A stretch of DNA of 64,000 nucleotides from the human T2T-CHM13v2.0 reference genome, Homo sapiens, in the NCBI RefSeq assembly GCF_009914755.1, contig NC_060929.1. One strand, given 5' to 3'. Positions 15,131-30,450 of this stretch are shown in pieces (the stretch's first letter is position 1; each line of letters starts with the position of its first letter). The position numbers were made by a program, and so were the translations under genes. The notes under the pieces were generated by a model that saw only the letters and a list, made by a program, of their open reading frames with translations, did no database searches and was not told where the DNA came from.

Positions 15131-16572
15131 GTGAGTCTGACCTTGAAATCTATCTTGCCCAGCTCCCTCTCTGGTAAGCAGCCTTCCCTTCCTCCAAGTC
15201 CTCTCTTCCTTGCCATTTGCTTCCTTCTCGAGGAAGAGACAAACTCAGGGCAGGACACCTCCCTCATCGTGAGAGGTGGGAGTCTCCAAAGCTTTAGCAG
15301 GAAAGAACTCTGAAAATGAACCCACCCTGGAAGGGGAAGAAGGGCTGATAATGCAACATCACAACGTCTCAGAACAGCTCTAGAAAGCAGGTATTATAAT
15401 CCCAGATGGAGTAACTGAGTTTCGGGGAAGATAAGCAGTGTACTCAAGATTGCACAGCTGGTGAGTAGCAAACCAGGATTAGATTCCATAAGGGTCTGAA
15501 ACAGGTTTTGCCATGCTGGCACCACCATTGTGCAGGGCACTTTTGAATCTTTTCCTTAAAATAGCTGAGACAAGCTGGAATTTTGTAAAAGAACTTCAGT
15601 AAATACCGAAGACTATAAAAATAAACTAATTGAAAAAGAGGCAGGAAACATAAAGTTGTGCTTATTAAGCCAGTTTACAAGTGTGCCAGGCCCACAACAG
15701 CTGCTCTGTTGCCCTGCCCGACTCCTGTGGGAACCAGCTGTGTCCCCATGGGCCTGGGACCACATCGGTGACTCCTCCTGTGGCCTCCATGTGTCACATG
15801 CCACTTTGCATCCTGTCACCAAGAGCTGTCTCCTGCAAGACATCTTCCCTGGATCCTGACAAAATGCAAATCCAAGTATTCCAAACACTTCTTGGGCCCT
15901 GTTTCTCATGGGCCTTTTTGGCAGCAGACAGATGCCTTCCTTGGTGTGTGGGGCCCCTACCCAGATCAGGTGGGGGAGGCAGTTTTGTCCCATGCAGGCC
16001 CCAGAATTGCAGTTTGCTGAGTTCCACTGAGCCACTGTTTATTGAGTTCTCACTGTATGCCAGGCACAGCTGTAGTTTAAAATACTTTTTAAAAAATTTC
16101 AAGAGATAGGTCTTGCTACATCCCATTGTAGAGAGGTAGGAAAGGGAAGCTCAGAGAGGTCGTGCTTGATGCCCACAGTCACATAGCTTATGTAGTACAG
16201 CGGCATCCAAGTTCAGGTCTCTCTACTCTGGAGTGAGTGCTCATCCCAGGCATTCATGGCCGTTCAGAAGAACATTGTCATGCAGTCACTGTGCCATTCA
16301 TACACCAACGACTCCATGCATAGACAGGCAGGAGAATGGTTTTCTCATGATGGCTAGAGGGAGGGGCAAGGGCTCATCTCACTTTTTGCTAGATCTAACT
16401 TCACACCCAAACCCAAAGAGTTGAGTCAATGGGCCCCACTCCATAATTTTCTCCTTTCCATCACCCTAGCATCACTCTCCTCTCTTTCTTGTCGAAGCCC
16501 TGCCTTGTTTGGAAGGTTCTCCCTGTGTGGAATTCCTGCCCCCATCACCTGCCCTCCTTTTCTGCCTTGTAG

Positions 16573-16643
16573 ATGCCAGCACGTATGCCCATTACCTCTT
16601 CAATGCCTTCGACACCACTCAGACAGGCTCCGTGAAGTTCGAG
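16573..16643 (+). CDS. KCNIP1: KCNIP1 coding exon, DASTYAHYLFNAFDTTQTGSVKFE (EF2)
   Basis: ttgtag|ATGCC...TTCGAG|gtacgc; 71 nt; frame continuous with neighbours. Confidence 0.98.
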
Positions 16644-17452
16644 GTACGCTCATCTGGGGTCCACTCTAGGGGTCCTCTGGTTCTGCATCACCTCCCCCTC
16701 TAAATCTCAAGGCATTGGGGGAAGGTCTGGACCATCAAAAGCTCTCAGTCAGACCAAAGACATGTTTATCCATTTGTAAGCATTTCCTAAAGATGGGGAA
16801 AAGCAGCAGCAACTTTCCCTGGCCTGCAGGAACTCAGGGACTCAGGGGACTAATAACAACAGTGTATGAGCTTCCGGGCACACTGCTTCCCAGTGGCAGC
16901 CCCTGTACTTAGGGCTTTGTATGTATTAATTCATTTACTCCAATTCCCACAATAACCCTATAGGGTAGGGTTTTATTATTGATTACCTTTTTACAGAAGA
17001 GGAGAGTAAGGCAAAGAGAGATAGAGTAGTTTTCCCAAGGTCAAAGAGCACATAAATGATAAAGGATGGATTTGAATGTAGGCAGAATGACCCTCAATAC
17101 AGACTGTTCCTACAGTCCACGTCCTCAGCCACTAGACCATACGGCCACTGGGATGATAGACAGACCACTGCAGCCATGGATAAGGCAAAAACAGGGCTGG
17201 CTGTGTTGATCTGTGTCTCTCAGAGCTCCATTCTTCCTCAAGGGGGCACCTTGCAAAAAAAAACAAAAAAATGGGGCAGGGTAGGGAACTGAAGGCAGGA
17301 GCTCTTCATAGAGCATAGCCACATCCTCCAGGCAGACAAGAGGACGCAGGAGGCACCATTCTGTGAGAGTATCACAGTCTGACCCAAAGACACAGCTTCA
17401 CACTGTCTGTTGGCTTGATGGTTAATGTCACTCTGCCTTTTCCCCTTCTCAG

Positions 17453-17560
17453 GACTTTGTAACCGCTCTGTCGATTTTATTGAGAGGAACTGTCCACGAG
17501 AAACTAAGGTGGACATTTAATTTGTATGACATCAACAAGGACGGATACATAAACAAAGAG
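17453..17560 (+). CDS. KCNIP1: KCNIP1 coding exon, [36 protein letters not shown] (EF3)
   Basis: ttctcag|GACTTT...AAAGAG|gtaagt; 108 nt; translated by hand (absent from the ORF track); canonical DxNxDG loop. Confidence 0.98.
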
Positions 17561-19860
17561 GTAAGTGAGCTGGGGCCAGGGGTGTGAGAGGGCTCCAGTG
17601 AAGGTAACTAACCCAACAGAAAACAGCCCCAGGCATGAGGATAGCACTGTCTGAATGAGGCAGGCTCTGCTTTGGGGCTAACAGAGCTGGTCCCTGGCAA
17701 AATAAAGAAGGCCTCCCTCATTGCCCTACCCTGCCCTGTTCCCAAGCGCCCAGAAAGGATTAAACAGATTCATTCTCACTGGGTCACCTAGATTCAGTAG
17801 ATATTACACAGTGGATAAAAATGACTTGTTTCAGTGTGAAGAGTTACTCTTCCCTAGGGAACCTGCATTTGGGAAGGTTAGGAGCCACAAGTCAAAGCTA
17901 AAAGTTGAAATGGTGGAATTGTAGGCAGCACCTAGAATAGAAAAGAAAGATTTTTAAGGAAGAGGAACCTACAATTGGGTCATATTGGCCTTAAACTATT
18001 TTGCCTATTAATACAACCGCCAAGGGAGTAATGGAAGGTACAGCTGTCTTTACAGAAATTATCACAAATAATTTCTGAATCTTCACTGCTTTGCACTTTT
18101 AGAACCTCAGAGGACATGTCTCTAGCCAGTGAAATACCCTCAGGTCTATCTCAAAACTCACTTTGGTATCCACTGTATCCTGGTATCTCAGTGGAAGCTG
18201 GAAATTGGCATCCTGTAACACTCCACTTGCTGAGCTCCTGTGTGCCAGGCACGGTGCCTGGAGGTATAGATATCAGCACCAATCTTCACCTCAACCCGGC
18301 AAGCTTCTCTCTGTAAGCTCAGAGAGTTTATCCAACTTTCATTCCTCATTCATTTAGTCATGTTTTTAATTAACACAGATTTGAAGGCTTATTAGGTGTT
18401 CTAGGTGCTGGAGGTAAAGAGGTGAACAATCAGACTAGGCCCCACACTGGAGCAGCATAGAGAGATGGACAATAAACAGGCCAAAAAGGAATCAGCAGGT
18501 AGAAGATATTTTGGCAGGGAAGGTTAGCAAAGGCCTCTCCAAGGAGGTGTCGTCATACTGGAACCAGTTATACAAAAAGCCAGGAAAAGTGTTCCAGGCA
18601 GAAGGAACAGCCACTAGAGAGGCTTTGAGGCAAGATAGAGCTTCATGTGTTTCAAAAACAGAAAGGCTTCAGATGGCTGCAGATGAAGGTATGAAGCTGA
18701 AGACTAGTGCAGGATGAGCCTGACAGGTCAGCAGAGTCAGATGGTGGAGGGCTAGGGTAAGGGGCCCATCCATATTCCCCTGGGAAGCTCTTAGATGAAC
18801 ATGTTTTTTGAAAGACACAAAAGGCAAAAACAGACTTAAAAAGAATCAGAAAATCTGACTAGCTCTGTATTATTTAGAGAAATTATATTCACAGTTAAAA
18901 ACCATTCCCAAATAAAATTATAGGCCCAGATGGTGGACTGGTGAATTCTAATATCAATCCTACAAAAAAATTTTAGAAAATAGAGGAGGATGGAACATTT
19001 CCCAGCTTGTTTTATAAGTCCAATAGTACCCTGATACCCAAACCAAAGAAAAAAAGGTCTTATGAAAGGAAACAACTACAAAACAGTCTCCCTCGTGAGC
19101 ACAGATAAAAAAGCTTTCACTAAATATTAGCAAATTGAATTCAGCAATATATAAAAAGGATGATACAATACAACTATGTGAGTTTTATTCTAGGAAGGCA
19201 AGGTTGGTTTAACATTCAAAAACCAATCAATATAATTCACTATATTTAAAGAAACCAAAGGGATATAGACTGGAAAGGAAGAATTAACACTGTCTTTATT
19301 TGTACATGGTATAATTGTATTAATAGAAAACCCTAAGAGTCTACAAATAAACTGCTAAAAATAATAAGTGAATTTAACAAAGTGAAGACATGAGTTCTAT
19401 TTACAAAAATCATTTATAATTCTACATCCAACAAGCAACCAGAAAATTAAATTAAGAAAAATAGCATCAAAAAGCACAAAATACTTTGAGAAAAATTCAA
19501 CAAAACAGGTGCAAGACTCATACACTGAAAACTATAAAATATTGCTGAAATAAAGTAAAGAACTAAATAAACACAGAGATAAATCATGCTCATGGGTTGG
19601 AAGGCCCAATATAGTTAAGATGTGGATTCTCCAAATTTGATTTATAGATTTAGTGTGATCTCAATCAAAATCCCAGCAGGTATTTTGTAGCAGTTGATAT
19701 GGGAATGCAAAAAACCTAAAATAACCAAAACATCTGAAAAAGAACAAAGTTGAAGGACTAAACCTACCTTACTTCAAGACTTAATGAAAATGTGCAGTAG
19801 TCAAGATGGTAGGGAATTGGCATAAGGATAGACATATAGATCAATGGATCAAAATAGAGA

Positions 19861-20573
19861 GTCAAAAAAACTAAAAGTAGAGCTACCATATGATCCAACA
19901 ATCCCACTGCTGGGTATATACCCCATATAAAGGAAACCAGTATATCAAAGAGATATCTGCACTCCCATGTTTGTTGCAGATCTGTTCATAATAGCCAAGA
20001 TTTGGAAGCAACCTAAGTGTCCATCAACAGATGAATGGATAAAGAAAATCTGGTACTTATACACAATGGAGTACTTCTGCCATAAAATAGAATGAGATTT
20101 AATCATCTACAACGTGGATGGAATTGGAGGTCATTACATTAAGTGAAATGAACCAGGCACAGAAAGACAAACATCCCATGTTCTCTCTTATTTGTTGGAT
20201 CTAAAAATCAAAACAATATGAAGATAGAGGGCAGAAGGACGGTTACCAGAGGCTGGGAAGGATAGTAGGGGGGCTGTGGGGGAAGTTAGGATAGTCAATG
20301 GGTACAAAAAAAATAGAATGAATGAATAAGGCCTGGTATTTGGTAGCACAACAAGGTGACTGTAGTCAATAATTTAATTGAACATTTTAACTAAAAGAGT
20401 GTAATTGGTTTGTTTGTAACACAAAGGATAAATGCTTGAAGGGATGGATACCCATTTTTCATGATGTGGTTATTACACATTGTATGCCTGTATCAAAACT
20501 TGTCATGTACCCCATAAATATATACACCTACTATGTGCCCACAAAAATTAAAAATAAAAAATAAATATTTTTT
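19861..20573 (+). mobile_element. 5'-truncated L1MA-type insertion nested in older L1
   Basis: ctaccatatgatccaacaatcccactgctgggtatata...gtaccccataaatatatacacc...A tail; flanked by AAAATAGAGA on both sides (probable TSD). Confidence 0.8.
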
Positions 20574-21357
20574 AAAAATAGAGATAGACCCACCCATATG
20601 TCAATGCAACAGATGCCAAAAAGATCAAAGGGGAAAGAACCGTGTTTTCACAGCTGTATATCCATTTGGAAACAAAAATGGACATTAACCTTAACCTCAT
20701 GCCAAACATAAACATCAACTTGGAATGGATTATAGACTTAAATATTAAAACAAAAGCTGTTTTCTTAAGGAATACATAGGAGAAACATTCTTACAACTTT
20801 GGAGTAGGAAAGGATAAGGAATCATTTCTTAAAGTAGATAAATTTGACTTTATCAAAGTTAAAAATTTTGTGCTTTAGAAGACACCTTTAAGAAAATGGA
20901 AATGCAAGCCATGGACTTGGAAAAAATGTTTGCAAATTATATACCAGATATATAAAGATACCAGGATACCAAACCAATATAAAGACTGGCATCCAAAATA
21001 TATAAGGGACATTTATAATTTAATACAAAGATAAACAACTTCATATAAAATAGGCAAAAGATTTGATGAGATATTTAAGAAAAGAAGATATATGAATGGC
21101 CAGTAAACCCATGAAAGGTTGCTCCATATCACTGGTCTTCAAAGAAATGCAAATTATAACTATAATGAAATACAATTGCACAGAATGGCCACAATTAAAA
21201 AGACTGATAATACCAAGCATTGGCAAAGATGTGGAGCAATAGAAACTCTCATAGATAGCTGGCAGAAATGTAAATGGTACAAACACGTTGGGAAACATTT
21301 TGGCATCTTTGATAAAGCTCAGCACACACTTAACATACAACCCAGAAATCCCATTCC

Positions 21358-21836
<479 letters not shown>

Positions 21837-22404
21837 TCATCCAATGGAATATTACTCAGCAGTAAAAAGGAATGTTATAGTTGCATGCAGCAATGTGTAT
21901 GAAGCTCATAAACCTCATGCTGAGTAAATGAAGCCAGACGCAAATGAGTTTACACTGTTTTACTCCATTTACATGAGATTTTAGAAAATACAAACTAATC
22001 TATAGTAACAGAAATTAGATCTGTGGTTGCCTGGTGTCAAAGCTTGAGAGGCACTCACTGCGAAGAAGTGTGAAGGGATGTCTTTTGGTTGTGAAAATGT
22101 TCTATATCTTGAGTGTGGTGGAGGTTACATGGGTGGATACATTTGTCAACATTCATCAAACAGTACACTTAAAATGGGTGAATTTGTTATAAGTAAATTA
22201 TGCTCCAATAAATTTGATTTATTTGTTGAAAAACTTGGTGTAAGGGGGAAGTGCCTAACCAATAGAAGACACTCAAAAAATGTGTTGAAGGAAAAAAATC
22301 CTGTGAAATAAAGCAGGTAAGAGAAAATAAGAACTCAATATCATCCAAAATATAGATTACAAATCCTAAATGAGATAATAGGAAATTAATCCCAGTGCTC
22401 TGTT

Positions 22405-22708
22405 TAAAGGCTCATACCTGTAATCCCAACACTTTGGGAGACTGAGGCAGGAGGATGGGTTGAGCCCAGGAGTTCAAGACCAGCCTGGTCAACATAGGGA
22501 GAGCCTGTCTCTTCAAAACAAAAATTTAAAAATTACCTGGGTGTAGTGGCACGTGCCTGTGCTCCCAGCTACTCCAGAGGCTGAGGCAGGAGGATAGCTT
22601 GAGCCCAGGAGTTCAAGCCTGCCCTGAGCCATAATCACTGCACCACACTCCAGCCTGGGCAACAGAACAAGACCCTTCCTCAAAAAAGCAATAAAATAAA
22701 ATAAAGAA
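22405..22708 (+). mobile_element. Alu (AluJ-like), degenerate 5' end
   Basis: ggctcatacctgtaatccc...gagcccaggagttcaag...(TAAAA)n tail. Confidence 0.9.
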
Positions 22709-25339
22709 ATGCACATGACTAACATAGGGTTTATTCCAGGAATGCAGGAATAGCCCAGTAGCGGAGAAAGCCTATTAAATAATTTATCACATTAATATAT
22801 CAAAAGATCAAACCATTTGATGCTAAAATCACATTTGATATAATTTACCATTTATTCATAATAATTTTCAGGATTCAATTAATTAGGAATAAAATACTTC
22901 TTCAGCATAATAGAAAATACCCCAGCCTGGTACACAGCTTCATACTTTATGGTAACACGCGGAGATTCTCACTGAAGAAAAGATGAGGCAAGAAAAGATG
23001 ATGAAGAAAAGATGAGGCAAGAAAAGATGATGTCTGCACACTGTCAGACATCACCACTGTTTAACATTTCCTGAAAGCTCTTCAAACACAGTGAAACAGA
23101 AAAGGAAATGCGATCTAAATAGGAAAAATTACAACATTCCTTGTTAATGACATGATTTTCTATCTGAGAAAAAAGACAGCAAGAAAATCAACTTAAAACA
23201 ACTAGAACTTTTAAAAAGCTGGCAAAGTGACTGGTAATAAAATACATATGCAAAAAGAAATTGTGTAGCCAATATATCAGTTGTGACTAGCTAGAAAATT
23301 GTAATACAAATATTCTCATTGTGATCACAATAAAATTTAAAGCACATGGGCATTTTTAAATATCCATAATTTAGATGAAGAGAAAGAAAATTTTGATAAG
23401 TAGAGAAACATACCATCTTCTGAAAGGATGTATATTATAAAGATAGCAATATTATAATGACAGCAATTCTTCTCTAATTAAATTTATTTTATTTTGAATC
23501 AAAATGGAAGTGTTATTTGGGAAGGAAATTTGGCACAATTGTTATAAAGTTACATTGGAAGATTAATCAGATGAAAATAGCAAAGATAATTTTCAAAAAG
23601 AAGAAAAATGGTGGGATTTGTTCTACCAGATACTGAAATATATTATAAAGCTGAAACTATTAAAATATTATAATATCAGAGAAGGAACAGGTAGATCAAT
23701 GGAACAAAATAGAAATCCCAGGTACAAATACCATCTTGGTTCATAATAAAAGGAGCATATTGAATAGAGAGGTAATGAATCATTAAATGATTCTTGGAAA
23801 ACTGGTTAACTATTTTGGCAATAAGTAAGTAAATATTCTTACTCGGTACCATAAACACAAAATCACTATAGATACGTACAGTTGCTTTTTAACTAAAAAA
23901 GAACTAAAAATCATATGTGAATATCTGATCAAAGAATGGAAAAAGCATAAAATCAAAGTTAGAAACAATTTTTTAAATTATTGATGGCTTTACACTGTAA
24001 ATATTTTAAAATTCTGCATATCAAAAAATACCATAAACAAAGTTGAAAAGTAAGTGACAAACTTGTTTTTAAAAATCTGCAATTTATGATGACAGAAAGG
24101 ATTGATATTCCTCAGTAGACATTCATCTTAACAAAGGCAAGAGTCATATTCATCGTGCTTATCTTTGTATTTCTTTGACACAATATCTAGCACATGGTAG
24201 ATGCGTAAAAATACCTTTAAATAAATTAAAAATCTATTAAGATATTTTAACAATTTAATAAATCTACACGAATATATAAAGAGCTCTCACAATCCAGTCA
24301 GAAATAGGTGAACACAATGAGCAAAGCAGATGAAAAAATAGTTCATGGGAAAATAAATAAAAATAGTCAATACATATATTAGAGACCTCACTAAGAAAGT
24401 AATGTATATCTTTAAAAACAATGAATTATCACTTATCTATTAAATTGCAAAGGTTTTGTAAAGTCTTTTTTGAAGGTTGGTGGAAAGTGGTTTTTCATAC
24501 ATAGTTGCTGAGAGTGTTCTGATAATAAACTTTCTAAAAGGTATTTGAGGAATATGTATCAAAAGCATTGAAAGTTATGCATCCCATTCTCCTTATAAAA
24601 CCACACCTTGGTATATGTCCCAAGGAAATAAAGAATAGACACAAAGACTTAAAAGCAAGAAGAGTCTTCAGGTAATAGTGCCCCAGAATGTGATAGCCAT
24701 GATATCCACTAACAGCAGATTTGTAAAATGAATTACAGTAAATACATATAATGGAATAGCCAGTGGCCACTTAAAATCATGAAAGAGTAATATAAAATAA
24801 ACATTAGTATGATATATTAAATTTTTAAATATATTACATTTTAAATTGATAAAGTGGTATGTATGATATCTCAATTTTATAAACAACTAAATGCTTATAT
24901 ACACATGCAAATATATGATACTCTAAAATATTCAAATACTACCTTGCAAAACATATAAAGAAAAAAATACAGAAATAGGATTTAGTTGGTCTTCAACTTT
25001 GGTTCACTCATTATTCCATCACTGAATAAACTTACTAGTGCCTACTCCCTTTTTGTAATTTGCAAACTAGGCAGAATTCTCCCCATTAATCTATCAGACC
25101 TCTCTGGAGGGCAGAGTTAATAAAGTACCCCTTAAAAGAAAAAGAAAGTGTGGATAAGTAGCTTCTCAGAAAAGATAGCAGGATCTTCCCCTGGCAATCA
25201 TTTGGAGATAACCTCATCCAAGTTGTAGGCTATGAAAATCCTGAGAGAGCAACAAAATTGCTCTTTCTGTGATTAAAAAAAAATATCAGACAGGAAAAGC
25301 ATCAATGGCCATGTAGATGTGAAGGGCTTGTAAAGCACA

Positions 25340-26770
<1,431 letters not shown>

Positions 26771-27444
26771 AAGCACATGGAATGAGACTGTCCCCTGGGT
26801 CTCTGTAGAAACCAGGTCAAACATCCCAAATGCTCTTTTACCCCCATTCTGAGTTGGGCCAGAATGGTCAGAATAATGGTTCCCAATGTACCTTGATAAA
26901 CACGGAAACTCTCAGGACCGAGTCCTAAGGTTCTCTGATTCAATAGGTTTGGAGTGGACTTGAGAACTGATCTTTTTAATAAGGGCCTCAGTCTGTGGAA
27001 CTATTGGCCTCATGTGCCCTGTGGATAATCTTGGCTGTTGGTTCATTTTTCTTAACTGAAAACAGTGGCAGAAACTATGGGGATTTTTAAATCTCTAGGC
27101 TAGAACATTAACTTTTTAAAAATTCAGAATAGTATTTTATTTGCCTCAAGCCTGTGAATGGGGATCCCACAAATCACCCCCCACTGAAGACAATGCCCAT
27201 AACAAGGTAACCTACCCATGAGCTTCTGAGGGATTTAGGAATTGTCTACCATCTCCTCTCTAAGAAGGGCTCCCACAATATATCCCCTTCTGCTTGCTTC
27301 TAACTCCCTATCACCTGCTAAAGAAGGACCTCACCTTTTAATCACTTTCATTGCCAAGGGGCACAAGGAGCCCCAAACTCTGTCACCTAGGAAGAGCTTG
27401 ACCTCATGGTTTCCACACTGTGTGCTTTTATGTCCCTGCTCCAG

Positions 27445-27549
27445 GAGATGATGGACATTGTCAAAGCCATCTATGACATGATGGGGAAATACACATATCC
27501 TGTGCTCAAAGAGGACACTCCAAGGCAGCATGTGGACGTCTTCTTCCAG
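27445..27549 (+). CDS. KCNIP1: KCNIP1 coding exon, [35 protein letters not shown]
   Basis: ctccag|GAGATG...TTCCAG|gtaagt; 105 nt. Confidence 0.98.
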
Positions 27550-28480
27550 GTAAGTGCACACACCCTGCACATGAGCTGTAAGCCCAGCCTAGATCAAGTC
27601 AACCCACGAGCATCTGAGCAAATGATTTGTGTCCAACTCTGTACTAAGCATGGTTGGTAACAGAAAAGAATTATAAGATACATTGTCCTCAAGAAACAGA
27701 TGATCTCCTTAAGCTGCAAGTGTACATGACAGAAGAGAACAAGAAAGTATATTATTAAACGCTAGTGGTATAGTATGAACTCTAAATCCATAAAAATTCG
27801 GGGATCAGGGTAAACACGAAAGACTTCATTAATTACAACTGTGGAGGTGTTAAGCATTTGTGTCTGGGAAGTAAGGGGAAATAAGATTGGAAACTAGGAT
27901 AGGGCCAGATTATGAGACCTTTAAATGGAAGAGTTTGGCCTTGCTCTGGTACAGGATGGGCAGCTAGTGCTGATCCTTGACTAAGGGAGTGGTATAATCA
28001 TTGGGGCATTTTAGGAAAAAATTAATCTAGCGGTGGAGTATCAGAGAATATCAAGAGTTCACTCTAGTTCAACCTCCCACTTTGCAGATGGGAAAAGAGA
28101 GTCCTCTCTGGCCTTGTGCAAGTTTGTACAGCAAGTAACAGGCCAGAATCAGAACCTCTTTTGCCCAGTGTTCTGCCAGATGGACAGGGTAGCAGGGAGT
28201 CTACAGAAGAAGCAGAATAAGCCAGCAGTGAGGTGATGAGTGTCCAGAGCAAGTCTTTTGATTTAAGGAAGCTCATGGGGCTCAAAGTGTTGTAATCAGG
28301 ACCTAATTGGAGTTGTCTGGCCAGTGAAAGACAACTCTCATTCTCAGGGCAAAGTTGGTTAATGAAATGAATGAAATGAGCTCCAGCTCATTACTCTGAG
28401 CTCCAGCAAGAAAGCAGGGGAGTAAGCTTTGGAATGGAGATCACCAGATTCTGTAAAGTGCTTTCTGTTATGTCTTTCAG

Positions 28481-28543
28481 AAAATGGACAAAAATAAAGA
28501 TGGCATCGTAACTTTAGATGAATTTCTTGAATCATGTCAGGAG
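28481..28543 (+). CDS. KCNIP1: KCNIP1 coding exon, [21 protein letters not shown] (EF4)
   Basis: ctttcag|AAAATG...CAGGAG|gtaagg; 63 nt; DxNxDG loop. Confidence 0.98.
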
Positions 28544-28914
28544 GTAAGGAGAGATCTCAGGGCACAATAACTCTACATCTGGGAAAGGAAACCTGGGGCC
28601 TGGGGACCTGCAGAAGGAAGGTGATGAGAAACCTGCACATACCTGCAACCCCTCCCATCAGAGCCAACAACACCAGCAACAACTGTGAAGTCCACAGTTC
28701 CACTCCTCAACCTGACCTGCAGTTGGTCTTGGCTAAGCACAAGACTGAACAGAGAGCCTAAGTAGGGGTCTGGGGGCATGTGAAAACTCAGAGGGGGTCT
28801 CTGTGAAAATAGACTTCCCGAGAGGGCAACACCATTATTTTTTAGCCTGCCTCTGGCTTGATGACCCATTTCCCAGACTACAAGGAAGCAGCTGGGGGGA
28901 AAAAACCTACAATT

Positions 28915-29200
28915 GTGTGATTCTCAAACCACAGTGTGCATAAAAATTGCCTGGAATGATTCTGAAAATGCATATTTCCAGGCCTCAATCCCAGAGACTC
29001 TAGATCTGGGTCACTTTAACACAAATGTCCTGGACCAATGCTTCTAACACTTTAATGTGTGAAACAATATCCTTGATGATTTTGTTAAAATGCAGATTCT
29101 AATTCCATAGGTCTGGGGTAGGGCCTGAGATGTTACTTTTCTCACATTCTCCCCAGTCACACTGGTGATGCTGATCCTGGGAACACAACTTTCATTAAGT
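28915..29200. mobile_element. MER5-like hAT-Charlie remnants
   Basis: ttgttaaaatgcagattct...taggtctggggtagggcctgaga motif. Confidence 0.6.
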
Positions 29201-29429
29201 CTAACCAATAGACCAGCCCCAGAGTCCACCAGAGACTGAACTGGAAATAATTGCTTCATCTACTTTTGAGAAATCCATTTGTACCCCCACATTATTTTAG
29301 AAATGTTCAGAGTTACTCTGAGCTCCAGCCAAGAAGAATAGCAAATGTAAGAAAGCCGGGGAGAAGTTCCTAGCAGATACTGAGCCCCCATCAAGTTTCA
29401 AGCACATACATAAACATCACAGCCACCCT

Positions 29430-29725
29430 GTTATGTAGATGTCCTATGTGCAGGGTGATATCCAAGATATTTAACAACTAGAATGGAATGAACACTGACC
29501 CCCTTGGGGGTGAGTTCTCACTGTTAATTCCCTTGAGAGCTGGTTGTAAAACAGCCTGGCACCTTCCCCACCTGCAACCTTGATTCCTCTCCCACCATGG
29601 GATCTCTGCACACCCAGCTTCCCTTCACATTCCACTGTGAGTGGAAGCAGCCTGAAACCCTCACCAGATGCAGATGCCCAGCTGAACTTTCCAGCTGCCA
29701 GAATAATGAGCCAAATAAGCCTATA
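29430..29725 (+). mobile_element. MaLR LTR fragment (MST-like)
   Basis: gtgagtggaagcagcctgaaaccctcaccagatgcagatgcc...atgagccaaataa. Confidence 0.75.
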
Positions 29726-30402
29726 CTGACATTAACCTTTTCATTTCTGATATTGATAATTTGAAAAGCAGTCTTAATAAGCATTTATCTACTTTATTGA
29801 TTTTTTTGAAAGAGAGCGCTTTGGGGGGTTTTCTTACTGTATGTCTCTATTGCATGTTCTGTATTTTACATTTTTCTATTATTTCTTCTCTGAGGTATAG
29901 TATTGAATGTAGAAAAATCCTCAAATGTTCGGTATTAAGCAATACACTTCTAATTCATGGTTCAGAGAAGAAAATATCTCGAATAAAAATAAAATAAAAA
30001 TATGACTTATCAAAATTTGTAGGATCTAAAGCAGTATTCCAGGAATGCAAGGTTGGTTTAACATTCAATAATTGGTCAGTGTAATTAATCACATTAATAG
30101 AATAAAAAGAGAAAAAATATAATCATTTCAGTGGATGTAATTGTTCAGAGCTTCTTAAAAGAAGCAACTCACTATTTTACTAGATGATTTGTTTCTTCTG
30201 AATTCCTCTTTAAGGCTACAGGTGGTGCTTCTTACTTTGAACTGATCACTTTCTAGGTCCCCACCCTTACTTCTTGTTTTTCATACCCTTGTAGAGTTTT
30301 CTCCACATAGGAAACCCATGCTTGACATTTGCTCACCAGAGTTACAGAGCTCTCAGGGAGGAGACTCAGAGTTCTAACCCTCTTGCCCTCCTTTTTTCCC
30401 AG

Positions 30403-30450
30403 GACGACAACATCATGAGGTCTCTCCAGCTGTTTCAAAATGTCATGTAA
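30403..30450 (+). CDS. KCNIP1: KCNIP1 last coding exon, DDNIMRSLQLFQNVM*
   Basis: ttcccag|GACGAC...ATGTAA; 48 nt including stop; known KChIP1 C-terminus. Confidence 0.98.
   Translation, partial: DDNIMRSLQLFQNVM

Noticed and set aside
14929-15177. ORF extending both sides of the 70-nt exon
   Set aside because: Chance open frame in flanking intron; only 15061-15130 matches KChIP
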